From NCBI GenBank assembly GCA_024275415.1, contig JAJRZD010000035.1, positions 559 through 64,558 on the forward strand: DNA of 64,000 bases, written 5' to 3'. Below the pieces are notes generated by a model. It was not told where the DNA came from and ran no database searches. It worked only from the letters and a program-made list of their open reading frames with translations. The position numbers and the translations under genes were made by a program. Positions within the stretch are counted from its first letter, which is position 1. Each line of letters begins with the position of its first letter. Of the stretch, positions 29,271-38,059 are shown in pieces. This DNA comes from an archaeon. GTDB taxonomy: Archaea; Asgardarchaeota; Thorarchaeia; Thorarchaeales; Thorarchaeaceae.

Positions 29271-30137
29271 ATGAGTCCAGAGAATAGACGGTCTGATGAT
29301 TATTGGATGGGCGTACGCGATGCCCTGCGAATGGTTGATTCATTTCTCCGTTGGTCAAAGATGAACCCTGATCGAGCAAAGCCTCTTGAGGATTTTGTTC
29401 GTGACGGCCTTGTGGCAGCTGCGAAGCGATGTGAAAGCTGCCTGCATAAAGAGCTGGGTGTTGACTTCACATCCGATGAGGGAACTGAAACATCCGACAT
29501 TTCCGAAAGTGCTGAACTTTCTGAGATAGAGGATACCGACTATGCTGAAGATGTACCGGCACCAACCTTTGAACCAGTTTCTTCTGAAATAGTACTGGAG
29601 CCAGCCGGCACAGATGAGACCTATGAGATTCCAATCACGATAGAATCCGATAGTGAAGATATTGAAACTGCTGATGACACTCCAAGTATGGATTCCCTCG
29701 GCATCCCTTCTGAGGGGATTGAAGATGATGAGTCTGTCATCTCGGGTAGCCCACGAGACTTCTCTGATGACTTTGAGCTTGTAGAGCCCGACCCACTGGT
29801 CATCAAACCTGAAGATGAGGAATCTTCATATGAAGAGCCATCGGAGCCTCCTATCGATGAGATTTCTGTAGAGCGTCCCCGATATGCTTGGGAGATACCA
29901 GTCGCAGGATCAAAATCGGATGAGCACGTTCCAGTGGATTCCCCAGAACCCTCTTCCCCTGCAAAGGAATGGAGTCCCCTTGATGAGCCCTCACCCGAAG
30001 ACATCGAAGAAGAAACTCCCGATGAACGCGAAGACTCAGCCCTAGAATCACCACCTCCCCCACCTCCTCCGCCCGAAACCGAAGAGAGTGAAGATGAACG
30101 CAGACGAAGGGCGCGTCGGCTGTTCTTCGGTGGGTAG
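29271..30137 (+). CDS. Acidic intrinsically disordered protein with a poly-proline tract and basic C-terminus
   Basis: A ~70-aa N-terminal folded-looking part (CESC), then ~180 aa of D/E/S/P-rich low complexity, 'SPPPPPPPPETEESEDE' and a terminal 'RRRRARRLFFGG'. Confidence 0.5.
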   Translation: MSPENRRSDDYWMGVRDALRMVDSFLRWSKMNPDRAKPLEDFVRDGLVAAAKRCESCLHKELGVDFTSDEGTETSDISESAELSEIEDTDYAEDVPAPTFEPVSSEIVLEPAGTDETYEIPITIESDSEDIETADDTPSMDSLGIPSEGIEDDESVISGSPRDFSDDFELVEPDPLVIKPEDEESSYEEPSEPPIDEISVERPRYAWEIPVAGSKSDEHVPVDSPEPSSPAKEWSPLDEPSPEDIEEETPDEREDSALESPPPPPPPPETEESEDERRRRARRLFFGG

Positions 30138-30262
30138 ACTGATTCATGTCTTTCACTTCGTTTGTGGCAGTCGCGGTTCGACGGTCGCCAAGAGAGGCAT
30201 TGATGACGGCATTGGCAAAGATGCCTTAACCGATTCCCATCACGCCAACCATCCCGCGGGTA

Positions 30263-30967
30263 GTGATTAAGCCATCAATCTATGACCCCAACTTGCCTAG
30301 AAACACGACTTTTGGGATGATAAAGGCCGTAGTTGACTTTCTTAGAGAGGTCGCTCCGCTGAGCATCGTTGAATCTGACACTCACATTCGGACCGCTGAG
30401 GATGCGTTTGACAAGTGCGGGTACAACGCCCTGAAATCCGACACTGTCGAGCTGGTGAACCTGTCAAAGGCGACTCTTGAACCCGTGAAGATGGCCGGTC
30501 ATTACCTTAATGAACAGGCAGTACCAAAAATCCTTCTCGATAACAAATTTATTGTGAACGTTGCCACAGCCAAGAAACAAAAGCTAATCTCCTTTGGAGC
30601 TGGAATCAAGAACCTCTTTGGATTGCTGCCCCAGTCTGACAAACAGACGCTACACCCTCACATATCTGACATCCTGCTAGATCTACTGCTCTTTTTCAAA
30701 CCCGATCTGACCATCATCGACCTGACCCAACTATTGCTAAGAAATCGGTCTGATATGAAACCCCGTCAATTTATCGGGGTTGTTGTCGGAACAGATCCTG
30801 TTGCTGTGGATGCATATTGCGCTCATATCACTGGACTAGACCCATTAGGAGTCGAGTATCTTCGTAAGGCATCAGACCTTGGGATTGGCGAAGCACTTCC
30901 AGAAAGAATTCAGGTTTTCGGGACTGAGCATCAAAAACAGATACTGGAATCCATTCAAAAGAATTAA
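30263..30967 (+). CDS. DUF362 domain protein
   Basis: 'VIKPSIYDPNLPRNTTFGMIKAVVDFLREV' resembles DUF362 'IKPNLL...PERAVTTHPEVVRAV'. 'GVVVGTDPVAVDAYCAHITG' matches the conserved TDPVAVD block. The start is GTG; the N-terminus may lie in another frame (see findings). Confidence 0.6.
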   Translation: MIKPSIYDPNLPRNTTFGMIKAVVDFLREVAPLSIVESDTHIRTAEDAFDKCGYNALKSDTVELVNLSKATLEPVKMAGHYLNEQAVPKILLDNKFIVNVATAKKQKLISFGAGIKNLFGLLPQSDKQTLHPHISDILLDLLLFFKPDLTIIDLTQLLLRNRSDMKPRQFIGVVVGTDPVAVDAYCAHITGLDPLGVEYLRKASDLGIGEALPERIQVFGTEHQKQILESIQKN

Positions 30968-31050
30968 TGCCTATCCACAAGTGATATATTGGAACCAGTC
31001 ATGGAATCCTCCTCCTTCACGGGACATGCATCAGGCGAAGGTGACGATCC

Positions 31051-32214
31051 ATGGATTGGACCTCACATCACATGCAGGTTATCCCTGCATCCGGCACACT
31101 AAGGATTCTCGAAATTGCGAAGAAGATGGAGCGAGAGGGGAAGAAGGTCTATCATTTTGAGGTTGGGCAACCGGACTTTCCTACACCAGAGAATATCGTG
31201 AATGCCGCTATTCAGGCTTTGAAAGATGGGAAAACACGATACACTTCTGCTAGAGGAATTCCCGAGCTCTTAGATGCCATCCAAGAACTTTACGCTCGTC
31301 GAAATATCTACATCGAAGGTCGTGAGAATGTCATAGTCACCCCTGGAGCGAAAATGGCTCTGTTCCAAGGCTTTCTCGCTACCATTGACGTGGGTGATGA
31401 TGTCCTTCTGCTTGCGCCATCATGGCCGACATACAAGGTAATGATTCGCAATGCAGGTGCAAAGCCTGTTGATGTTGATACACGGACTGGTTATGTCCTC
31501 GATGAGGAAAAACTGAAGAACAAGATTGGGAATGAGGTTTCTGCCATCGTCATCAATAGCCCCAATAACCCAACTGGAGGAGTTCTGACAAAGGATCATA
31601 TGAAACTCATCTATGACCTAGCAACAGACCACAATTTTTTGGTATTCAGTGATGAAATCTATGAGGAATTGGTATACGATGGCTTTAGTCAGACCTCCAT
31701 GCTCCAAGTCGATACCAATCTGGAGCGAACGGTCGTGATCAGTGGGTTCTCAAAGTCCTATTCTATGACCGGGTGGCGATTGGGTTATGCTATTTCATCT
31801 CCAGAAACCATCAATAACATGGTTCGCATTCAGCAGAACACTACATCATGCGCTACCTCATTTGTTCAATATGCAGGTGTAGAGGCTATAATGGGAGACC
31901 AGGGCCCCATCCGCAGGATGCAGGAATCATTCCAGAGGCGACGCGATCTCCTCCAGCAGATTTTCTGTGATATTGATGGCATCCACTGCATGAATCCAAT
32001 GGGAGCCTTCTATGTGTTCCCGGATATGAGCCATTTTGACCTCACAAGCAGCACACTATCTGAACTCTTGTTGAAACGAACAGGAGTTACATCAATTCCT
32101 GGGAAAGTCTTCGGTGAAGCCTACGACCACCATCTTAGATTCTCCTATTCTGTTTCAGAACAGGACATCCAAGAAGGTATGCAGGCAATGAAGGAATTCC
32201 TTCAGGATCTCTGA
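31051..32214 (+). CDS. Class I/II PLP-dependent aminotransferase (aspartate aminotransferase family)
   Basis: 'SGFSKSYSMTGWRLGY' carries the PLP-lysine region. 'INSPNNPTGGV'. Size 387 aa. Confidence 0.85.
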   Translation: MDWTSHHMQVIPASGTLRILEIAKKMEREGKKVYHFEVGQPDFPTPENIVNAAIQALKDGKTRYTSARGIPELLDAIQELYARRNIYIEGRENVIVTPGAKMALFQGFLATIDVGDDVLLLAPSWPTYKVMIRNAGAKPVDVDTRTGYVLDEEKLKNKIGNEVSAIVINSPNNPTGGVLTKDHMKLIYDLATDHNFLVFSDEIYEELVYDGFSQTSMLQVDTNLERTVVISGFSKSYSMTGWRLGYAISSPETINNMVRIQQNTTSCATSFVQYAGVEAIMGDQGPIRRMQESFQRRRDLLQQIFCDIDGIHCMNPMGAFYVFPDMSHFDLTSSTLSELLLKRTGVTSIPGKVFGEAYDHHLRFSYSVSEQDIQEGMQAMKEFLQDL

Positions 32215-32230
32215 CGGGGCCGCCTATGAT

Positions 32231-32818
32231 ATGCCTCACGAAACAGAATGCACCCCTCCCCGATTCTCCTGCATCCACTGTGGTGCTTGTTGCTCTAATA
32301 AGGACATGATTGTGACCCTAACTGGTCGTGATATCACGCGCATCGCTTTCACCCTGAGTCTGGAGCCTAAACACATGTTGCGGGCTGTCGATTTCTATGT
32401 CCAGTCGGATAGCATACCTCTTCCCGATGGGCTGAGGGATGTTGCCCGTCCCCTTACCGAACAAGGACTTACGATAATCGCTCTTAAAAAGGCACCTTCT
32501 GGACAATGCATCTTCCTAGACAATAATCTTTGTATGATACATCCTGCACGTCCTGGTGTCTGTAGGGCTTTTCCTTTCACATTTAATGAATTAGAGGATG
32601 ATATTACTTGGGGATTTAATGCGATGATGTCAATATGTCCTGGGCTCGGACAGGGCGATGAGATGAATCCATCAGACCTTCATATCACAGCGCAGGAGGT
32701 CTTAGAGGACATTGCGATTTACCGACAGTTTGTGATGGAATGGAATAACACGTTCTCCTCTCATACTGCACTATCACTTTTAGAAAGGATTCTATCGGAT
32801 CCGCGGTTTTCAGTATGA
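32231..32818 (+). CDS. YkgJ/UPF0153-family cysteine-cluster (putative zinc/iron-chelating) protein
   Basis: 'CIHCGACCSNKD' is a CxxCxxCC motif, followed by 'CIFLDNNLCMIHPARPGVCRAFPF'. Confidence 0.6.
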   Translation: MPHETECTPPRFSCIHCGACCSNKDMIVTLTGRDITRIAFTLSLEPKHMLRAVDFYVQSDSIPLPDGLRDVARPLTEQGLTIIALKKAPSGQCIFLDNNLCMIHPARPGVCRAFPFTFNELEDDITWGFNAMMSICPGLGQGDEMNPSDLHITAQEVLEDIAIYRQFVMEWNNTFSSHTALSLLERILSDPRFSV

Positions 32819-32831
32819 AAACTCGCTGTCA

Positions 32832-33818
32832 TCACAGACGACTCAGTATTTGGAGGATGTTCCCAAAATTATGTTCGATTGCTCTTGATTTCTCTGCATA
32901 TGACTTGAGATATCTTAATCTTTCATCGACTTGAGCCTTTTCAAGAAAATCTTTTGATCTGATCATCTCGTGAATCTTCTCGTTAAGTTTCAAAATCTCT
33001 GTCGAGGATTCGAGTACATGCTTCAGCATCCGTATGAGGAGATGAAAGTCATTGATGTCCCTCAGCTGTAGGGTCTGGCTGTAAAATTGGAACTCAAGTC
33101 TGGCAAGCTTTTCTCTCATTTTCACCAAGTCAATCAACCACTTATCCTCATCTGAAGCCTCCAACTGGTGATGCAATTTTCTCCATTTCTGTTGCTGATC
33201 GAGAAGCTGGACGAGATATTCGCGAAGAAAGGAGAAATGATCCACGCCCTTGTCAACATCTTCTTCCGTGCCAATTGATGTCATCAACTCGTCCATCTGA
33301 CTTAGTTTGACTGCTATCATCAATGAGAACTTGTCTACATACCTTTTGACTTCGTCTGTCTTTTCCTTCCTTGTCATGAGGTCTGCAAAGGTATCTGCCA
33401 GAGTCAGGATGAACTTGTAAAGGCATTCGCTGCATATTTCAGCACTCTCATCGCTCTTGGTAGATAGAAACTGTAATGCGTCCTCTAGATCGTTGCCTGG
33501 CACATCTTTTCCATGTATTTTCAAAGTCCAGCCTTGTGAGATACAATAGACCTTGTTGTCGGGATAATTGATGTAAATTGATGCATAGCAGACATTCTCA
33601 TCCTGAGCAAGTTCCTGCGCTATGCTCTCCTTATCCTTGTGTATGGCAAAAATGGATGGATCTATCTCCATGACTTCGACTTCAAGGATGTCATCGTTGT
33701 TCACACAGAGTCTTTCATCTCCAAATACTTTGAAACACGGACATCCCTTTACAACGCGTATCGCACTCTGTTCCAATTCACTGCCGCGTCCGAGAACATC
33801 CATTCTGTAGTACACCAT
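32832..33818 (-). CDS. Cys-rich/coiled-coil protein of unknown family (paralogue A)
   Basis: Seven conserved Cys (GCPCFKVFGDERLCVNND; CYASIYINYPDNKVYCISQGW; CSECLYKF), then a ~180-aa helical region. Clear paralogue of 33886..34920. Confidence 0.55.
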   Translation of the reverse strand: MVYYRMDVLGRGSELEQSAIRVVKGCPCFKVFGDERLCVNNDDILEVEVMEIDPSIFAIHKDKESIAQELAQDENVCYASIYINYPDNKVYCISQGWTLKIHGKDVPGNDLEDALQFLSTKSDESAEICSECLYKFILTLADTFADLMTRKEKTDEVKRYVDKFSLMIAVKLSQMDELMTSIGTEEDVDKGVDHFSFLREYLVQLLDQQQKWRKLHHQLEASDEDKWLIDLVKMREKLARLEFQFYSQTLQLRDINDFHLLIRMLKHVLESSTEILKLNEKIHEMIRSKDFLEKAQVDERLRYLKSYAEKSRAIEHNFGNILQILSRL

Positions 33819-33885
33819 CTTTAGAGTTTCAATATCCTCTATGATAAATCAGTACTCCATGCCCAACTCTTTGTTATAGGGCTTT

Positions 33886-34920
33886 TCATTCTGCCCTCAC
33901 TTCGATTTTTGATAGGAGTGGCATCAGTTTTCGAAAGGACTTCTCCGACTTTTGCCGCTGCTGTTCTGTTTTTACCAGAACAGACTCTTCGGATTGCGTG
34001 AGAGAGCATGCATCCGTTACATAGAGTTTGAGGTCTCTCAACTCATCATGGAGTGATAGGATTTTCCGTGTTGTCCCTATCATCAATCGGAGGTGGATTA
34101 GAGAGGAACCTTCGTTCTCCCTACGATTGAGGGCATGAACCTGATGCATGAACACAATCTCTAGCTTCTGGAGGTTCTGGTATGTATGCAGAAGGTTATG
34201 TATCTCCTCATCTTGTCGGTTCGATAAGATATTGATCTCCTCGTAACGTCTTGCTGTATTATCACGGGTCGGAAGGCTGAACTCATGGATGCCATTCACT
34301 CTTGTTGTTCTCTCCGTTTCAGCACCTTGGTTGAGATCAGACGCTATGCGATTGACAAGATTTCGTGCATAGACATCAATCACCATCTCCTTCTCCTCGT
34401 CACTGACCAAATCACCAAAGACATCCGTCAGAGTAAGTAGGTACTTGTAGAGACACGAAGAACAAACAACGTCGTCACTACCCATCCCGGACAGCACCAC
34501 ATAGTCCAACGCGTTCCTGATGTCCTCTGCCTTGATATCATTTTGATTCAATGTGATAGATTGTCCCTGACTAATACAGTGTGCATTGCCATCTCGAGGA
34601 TCCAGATTCAGTAACCCGTAACAAAGGGTTTCTTTTGTACTCTCGAATTCCCTCAAATCCTCAACAGAAGACAACTGTGCAAAGAACTGAGGGTCTAGTG
34701 TGATGGGTTTGATGGGTGTAATCTCATCATTGTTGATGCAGATACGTTCATCGCCGTACTCCTTCAAGCAAGGACATCCCCTTACTATCTGGATGCGATT
34801 ATCATGTCTGCCTCCAATGATTGGTCCATCCGACAGCATCCCTATGACCTTGTGTTCTTCATTGTGCCTTCTAACCCTAGATTGCGTGCTGGCACAAAGG
34901 GCAATCCGATTGAATTCCAC
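33886..34920 (-). CDS. Cys-rich/coiled-coil protein of unknown family (paralogue B)
   Basis: Same Cys framework as paralogue A (GCPCLKEYGDERICINND; CYGLLNLDPRDGNAHCISQGQ; CSSCLYKY) and a helical C-terminal half. Confidence 0.55.
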   Translation of the reverse strand: MEFNRIALCASTQSRVRRHNEEHKVIGMLSDGPIIGGRHDNRIQIVRGCPCLKEYGDERICINNDEITPIKPITLDPQFFAQLSSVEDLREFESTKETLCYGLLNLDPRDGNAHCISQGQSITLNQNDIKAEDIRNALDYVVLSGMGSDDVVCSSCLYKYLLTLTDVFGDLVSDEEKEMVIDVYARNLVNRIASDLNQGAETERTTRVNGIHEFSLPTRDNTARRYEEINILSNRQDEEIHNLLHTYQNLQKLEIVFMHQVHALNRRENEGSSLIHLRLMIGTTRKILSLHDELRDLKLYVTDACSLTQSEESVLVKTEQQRQKSEKSFRKLMPLLSKIEVRAE

Positions 34921-34972
34921 ATTAAGGTATCTTGGACGAACACTTCAGGGGAGCCACCTTTGAGGGTAGCTC

Positions 34973-35182
34973 CTATCCCCAAAGCTCCCGCTTTAGCAGG
35001 TCTCGTATCGCAATCCTGATCGCTTCGGATCGGTTCGGGTACAAATTGCTTTCAACAAGCTTCTCAAGACCGTCAATATACGTTTCTGGGACATGAAGAG
35101 TCACGAGCTTCATCAAATCATCTCCAACATATCTCTCTCGACTGATGAGCAATATCTCATCATCCAACGTGGTATGCACCAC
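34973..35182 (-). CDS. Ribbon-helix-helix (CopG/NikR-like) DNA-binding protein
   Basis: 'NRSEAIRIAIRDLLKRE' is the classic RHH second helix. 69 aa. Co-directional and upstream of the two paralogues. Confidence 0.6.
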   Translation of the reverse strand: MVHTTLDDEILLISRERYVGDDLMKLVTLHVPETYIDGLEKLVESNLYPNRSEAIRIAIRDLLKRELWG

Positions 35183-35484
35183 ACGGGTATGTGCATCTTA
35201 CTGCGATATGACTGTGTGTATTACTCACTCGGCATTTGGAGTATGACGTTGTTTAGAACGAGATGGTGGTGAGAAGGAGCCAATAGCTCCTACTCTTCTG
35301 CGAATGGAACCCACGTTCGCCGGGAGAGAAGAAGTGCGCTCCAACTCCATGCAAGACACATTACCATAAGTCACCTTGTGTATGTAGCCTAATACTCTCC
35401 CATTATTCACATACAACCCGGATAACATTCTCGTTTTGACAAAAGGTTCATATGCTTACAAATTGATTCTCTCTTAGATTTCGT

Positions 35485-36243
35485 ATGAGTGGCGAGACTC
35501 AAATGCAAGATAGCACAGATACCGAGCGTACCTTTGCGACCTGTATTTTTTGCGGGGAACTTCTTGAAAACAGGGATGTTGTCAAGTATCGCAGTTGGTA
35601 TGCACATAAAGCGTGCACTACTCGAGCTATGGAGAAACAGGTGGAAGACTTTGACAAGAAGCCCTTTTACGCAGGAAGCACCAGTCTGTTCTTCGGGGTA
35701 ATCACCGCCGGCTTATTCTTCCAACTATTTCCGTTCCTCGGCAGCCTTGAAGACCCTTCTGCTCTGATAGCCATCAATGCGCTCATGGCAGTGACGTTGT
35801 TCCTACAGAGCTTTGGCTTTTTCGGGTTTACTATGAGCTTCAAAGATCCTTATGGCATTGGAAGTGGCATCATCGCTTTGTTGGCTGCGGCTTTCTTCGT
35901 GCTTGCCGGATCAAATCTGCAGGTACACGGGTATAATCCAGCGTATTATGACCCTGAAACTGGTTTTCTTATCCTCTCCATGGTGCCGGGATATTCTTTA
36001 TCCTACGCGCTTGCGATGTCACTTACTGTCCTTGTCATGTTTGCTGGGGCTGTATTGATGATGCTCTATGGGGACTACATCGGGACACAGTCCATGAATC
36101 GTATAGGCGTAGTTTTCCTCTTCGTGGGTGCGGTGATCACGGTTCTTGTACCTGGCGGTATCCTCATTGAGGCGATTTCTATTACCGCACTGTTCCTGTT
36201 AGTCGATATTCCTAAAGACTGGCAATCCATGACGGACGTCTAA
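35485..36243 (+). CDS. Membrane protein with an N-terminal zinc-ribbon
   Basis: 'CIFCGELLE...YAHKAC', then about five hydrophobic helices. Confidence 0.5.
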   Translation: MSGETQMQDSTDTERTFATCIFCGELLENRDVVKYRSWYAHKACTTRAMEKQVEDFDKKPFYAGSTSLFFGVITAGLFFQLFPFLGSLEDPSALIAINALMAVTLFLQSFGFFGFTMSFKDPYGIGSGIIALLAAAFFVLAGSNLQVHGYNPAYYDPETGFLILSMVPGYSLSYALAMSLTVLVMFAGAVLMMLYGDYIGTQSMNRIGVVFLFVGAVITVLVPGGILIEAISITALFLLVDIPKDWQSMTDV

Positions 36244-36394
36244 CATACTGATGGTGTTGTTTTCCCTGATTGGTGGAAACAACCTTCTTTTTCTCTTGTG
36301 GTTCATATTCTCCATGTTTTTCTTCTTCCAGCAAAGAATTTATGTTAGCATCGTCATTAGTCGAGCTATTGGAAAAACATTAGAGGTTTAATAA

Positions 36395-37168
36395 ATGGCA
36401 TCAGATGTTGAGTCCTCTGGTAAAGCCGAGGATACGCCAAAGGTAGCTCAGGAGCTACAGACCCTGAAATGGATCAGGGAACGGCGTTCTATCCGAGAAT
36501 TTACCGGAGAGAAGATACCCGATGAGCATATCGAAACAATACTTGAGGCTGCTCGGCATGCTCCAAGCCCTGAGAATATGCTCATGATTAGATTCATCGT
36601 TATCCGCGATGATCAGGAAACCAAGGAGTTCCTCGCAGACATCGCGCAGGAGATGGCTCAGACCGCTTTTGGAGGTGCTCCTTTCGAACTCACGAGCGGA
36701 CGGAACTGGTTCATCTCTGACCCATACCGTGCTGCTGTCTATGCACGACTACGGGATGGTGAGCTTTTCCGATATCCTGAGAAAAGCGACACGGTCATCA
36801 TCGTTTGTGCAAGCGACTCTTGGCATGATGCGGGATACATGTATCCCAATGAGCTCTTTGGCTCTGTTGTTGCCGGGATGGCTGTACAAAACATGTGGCT
36901 CACAGCAACAGAACTTGGCTATGGTTGTGGTTACGAGGCTCTCGTCTGTTCAGACCCACGACATGCCGAGCTGATACGTGACAGGCTTGGGATACCCCCA
37001 ATCTGGCTTCCGCTCACAGCCTTCTGCATTGGTCAGAGAGTTTCACCAAGGGCACTTGGGCCTAGCAGAGCACCACTGGAAGGCCTGATGTATGAGGAGC
37101 GCTGGGGCAAGCCATACACGCGATTAGCTTTCAGGGAGGATGAGTTAAGCGATGGAATTGACATTTGA
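36395..37168 (+). CDS. Nitroreductase family protein
   Basis: 'RRSIREFTGEKIPDEHIETILEAARHAPSPEN' is the nitroreductase N-terminal signature. Confidence 0.8.
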   Translation: MASDVESSGKAEDTPKVAQELQTLKWIRERRSIREFTGEKIPDEHIETILEAARHAPSPENMLMIRFIVIRDDQETKEFLADIAQEMAQTAFGGAPFELTSGRNWFISDPYRAAVYARLRDGELFRYPEKSDTVIIVCASDSWHDAGYMYPNELFGSVVAGMAVQNMWLTATELGYGCGYEALVCSDPRHAELIRDRLGIPPIWLPLTAFCIGQRVSPRALGPSRAPLEGLMYEERWGKPYTRLAFREDELSDGIDI

Positions 37169-37406
37169 CGACAAGACCTTGGAGAATCTCAAAGAGATTG
37201 CCACTGAGGCTGGATTGACGGTCGAAGGGCTCATCATGTGCGTGATGGAGCAGTTCGTCAACAACAAGGGCGGACGTGTCTACACTGGTCGTTGGTCTGG
37301 AGGCGAAGAGGATGGAGTCAAGGGATTCCGATACTGTGTGCAATGGCCGTTCAGACCGGGCTTCAAAGAAGCACGAGGCGGCGAAGTTAAGAGGTGGAGT
37401 AAATAA
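37152..37406 (+). CDS. Hypothetical small protein
   Basis: 84 aa, packed between nitroreductase and the next small gene; no clear motif. Confidence 0.3.
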   Translation: MELTFDDKTLENLKEIATEAGLTVEGLIMCVMEQFVNNKGGRVYTGRWSGGEEDGVKGFRYCVQWPFRPGFKEARGGEVKRWSK

Positions 37407-37687
37407 TGGCAAAATACAGAAAACATCCAACTGGAGAATGGCCGTTCTATCCATTCCTCAAGGATGGCGACATCGAACACGAGTATTGGAACACCAAGAA
37501 GATGATACATCAGTCCTTTATCAACGACAGAAAAGGACGTATCGTCGTCTTGATGGACAATGAAAAGTATGAGGAGTTCCTCAAGAAGATCAAGGAACGC
37601 AAAGGCAACTTCTGGGCCACAACGGTGGATGCAGTTATGCACGAAGCCATTGAGGACTGGATGAACAAAGAGGAGGAGGCTCAATAG
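37406..37687 (+). CDS. Hypothetical small protein, possible RHH-like
   Basis: 93 aa. 'RIVVLMDNEKYEEFLKKIKE...TVDAVMHEAIEDWM' has strand-helix-helix character. Confidence 0.35.
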   Translation: MAKYRKHPTGEWPFYPFLKDGDIEHEYWNTKKMIHQSFINDRKGRIVVLMDNEKYEEFLKKIKERKGNFWATTVDAVMHEAIEDWMNKEEEAQ

Positions 37688-37688
37688 T

Positions 37689-38048
37689 ATGTCACAGCTT
37701 CAAGAGTTCTTCAAGTTCTTCCTCCATCAGGTCAACACCAAAGACGACCTGAAGAAGCATCTGGTGGAATGGATTGGTCACTATAACGGCAAGATTCTTC
37801 AGGTCATCACCGAAGAGGGGCCGCAGTACATCGTGGTGAAGAAAACAGGTATGAGCCTGCATGACGGGATGTACCCGAGTCCGGATGTGATTTATAAAGC
37901 ACGATCCGATGTACTGCTGGGCATCTTCACTGGTGAGGTTCCGTTCAAGAAGACAATGAAAGATGGGAGTCTTGAGGTGATTGGGAACGCTCACGAGAGT
38001 GACCCGCTGGCGAACCTGATCCTCGTAGCCATGACCGGCGCTCTCTAG
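37689..38048 (+). CDS. SCP2 (sterol-carrier-protein-2-like) domain protein
   Basis: The C-terminal 'MKDGSLEVIGNAHESDPLANLILV' resembles the SCP2 glycine-containing helix region. It sits immediately upstream of beta-oxidation-type genes. Confidence 0.5.
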   Translation: MSQLQEFFKFFLHQVNTKDDLKKHLVEWIGHYNGKILQVITEEGPQYIVVKKTGMSLHDGMYPSPDVIYKARSDVLLGIFTGEVPFKKTMKDGSLEVIGNAHESDPLANLILVAMTGAL

Positions 38049-38059
38049 GAGGGTGTTCG

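Noticed and set aside
35489-36058. Alternate-frame ORFs (70 aa, 68 aa) within the zinc-ribbon membrane protein gene.
   Set aside because: They overlap a longer ORF with clear transmembrane-helix periodicity and have no features of their own.
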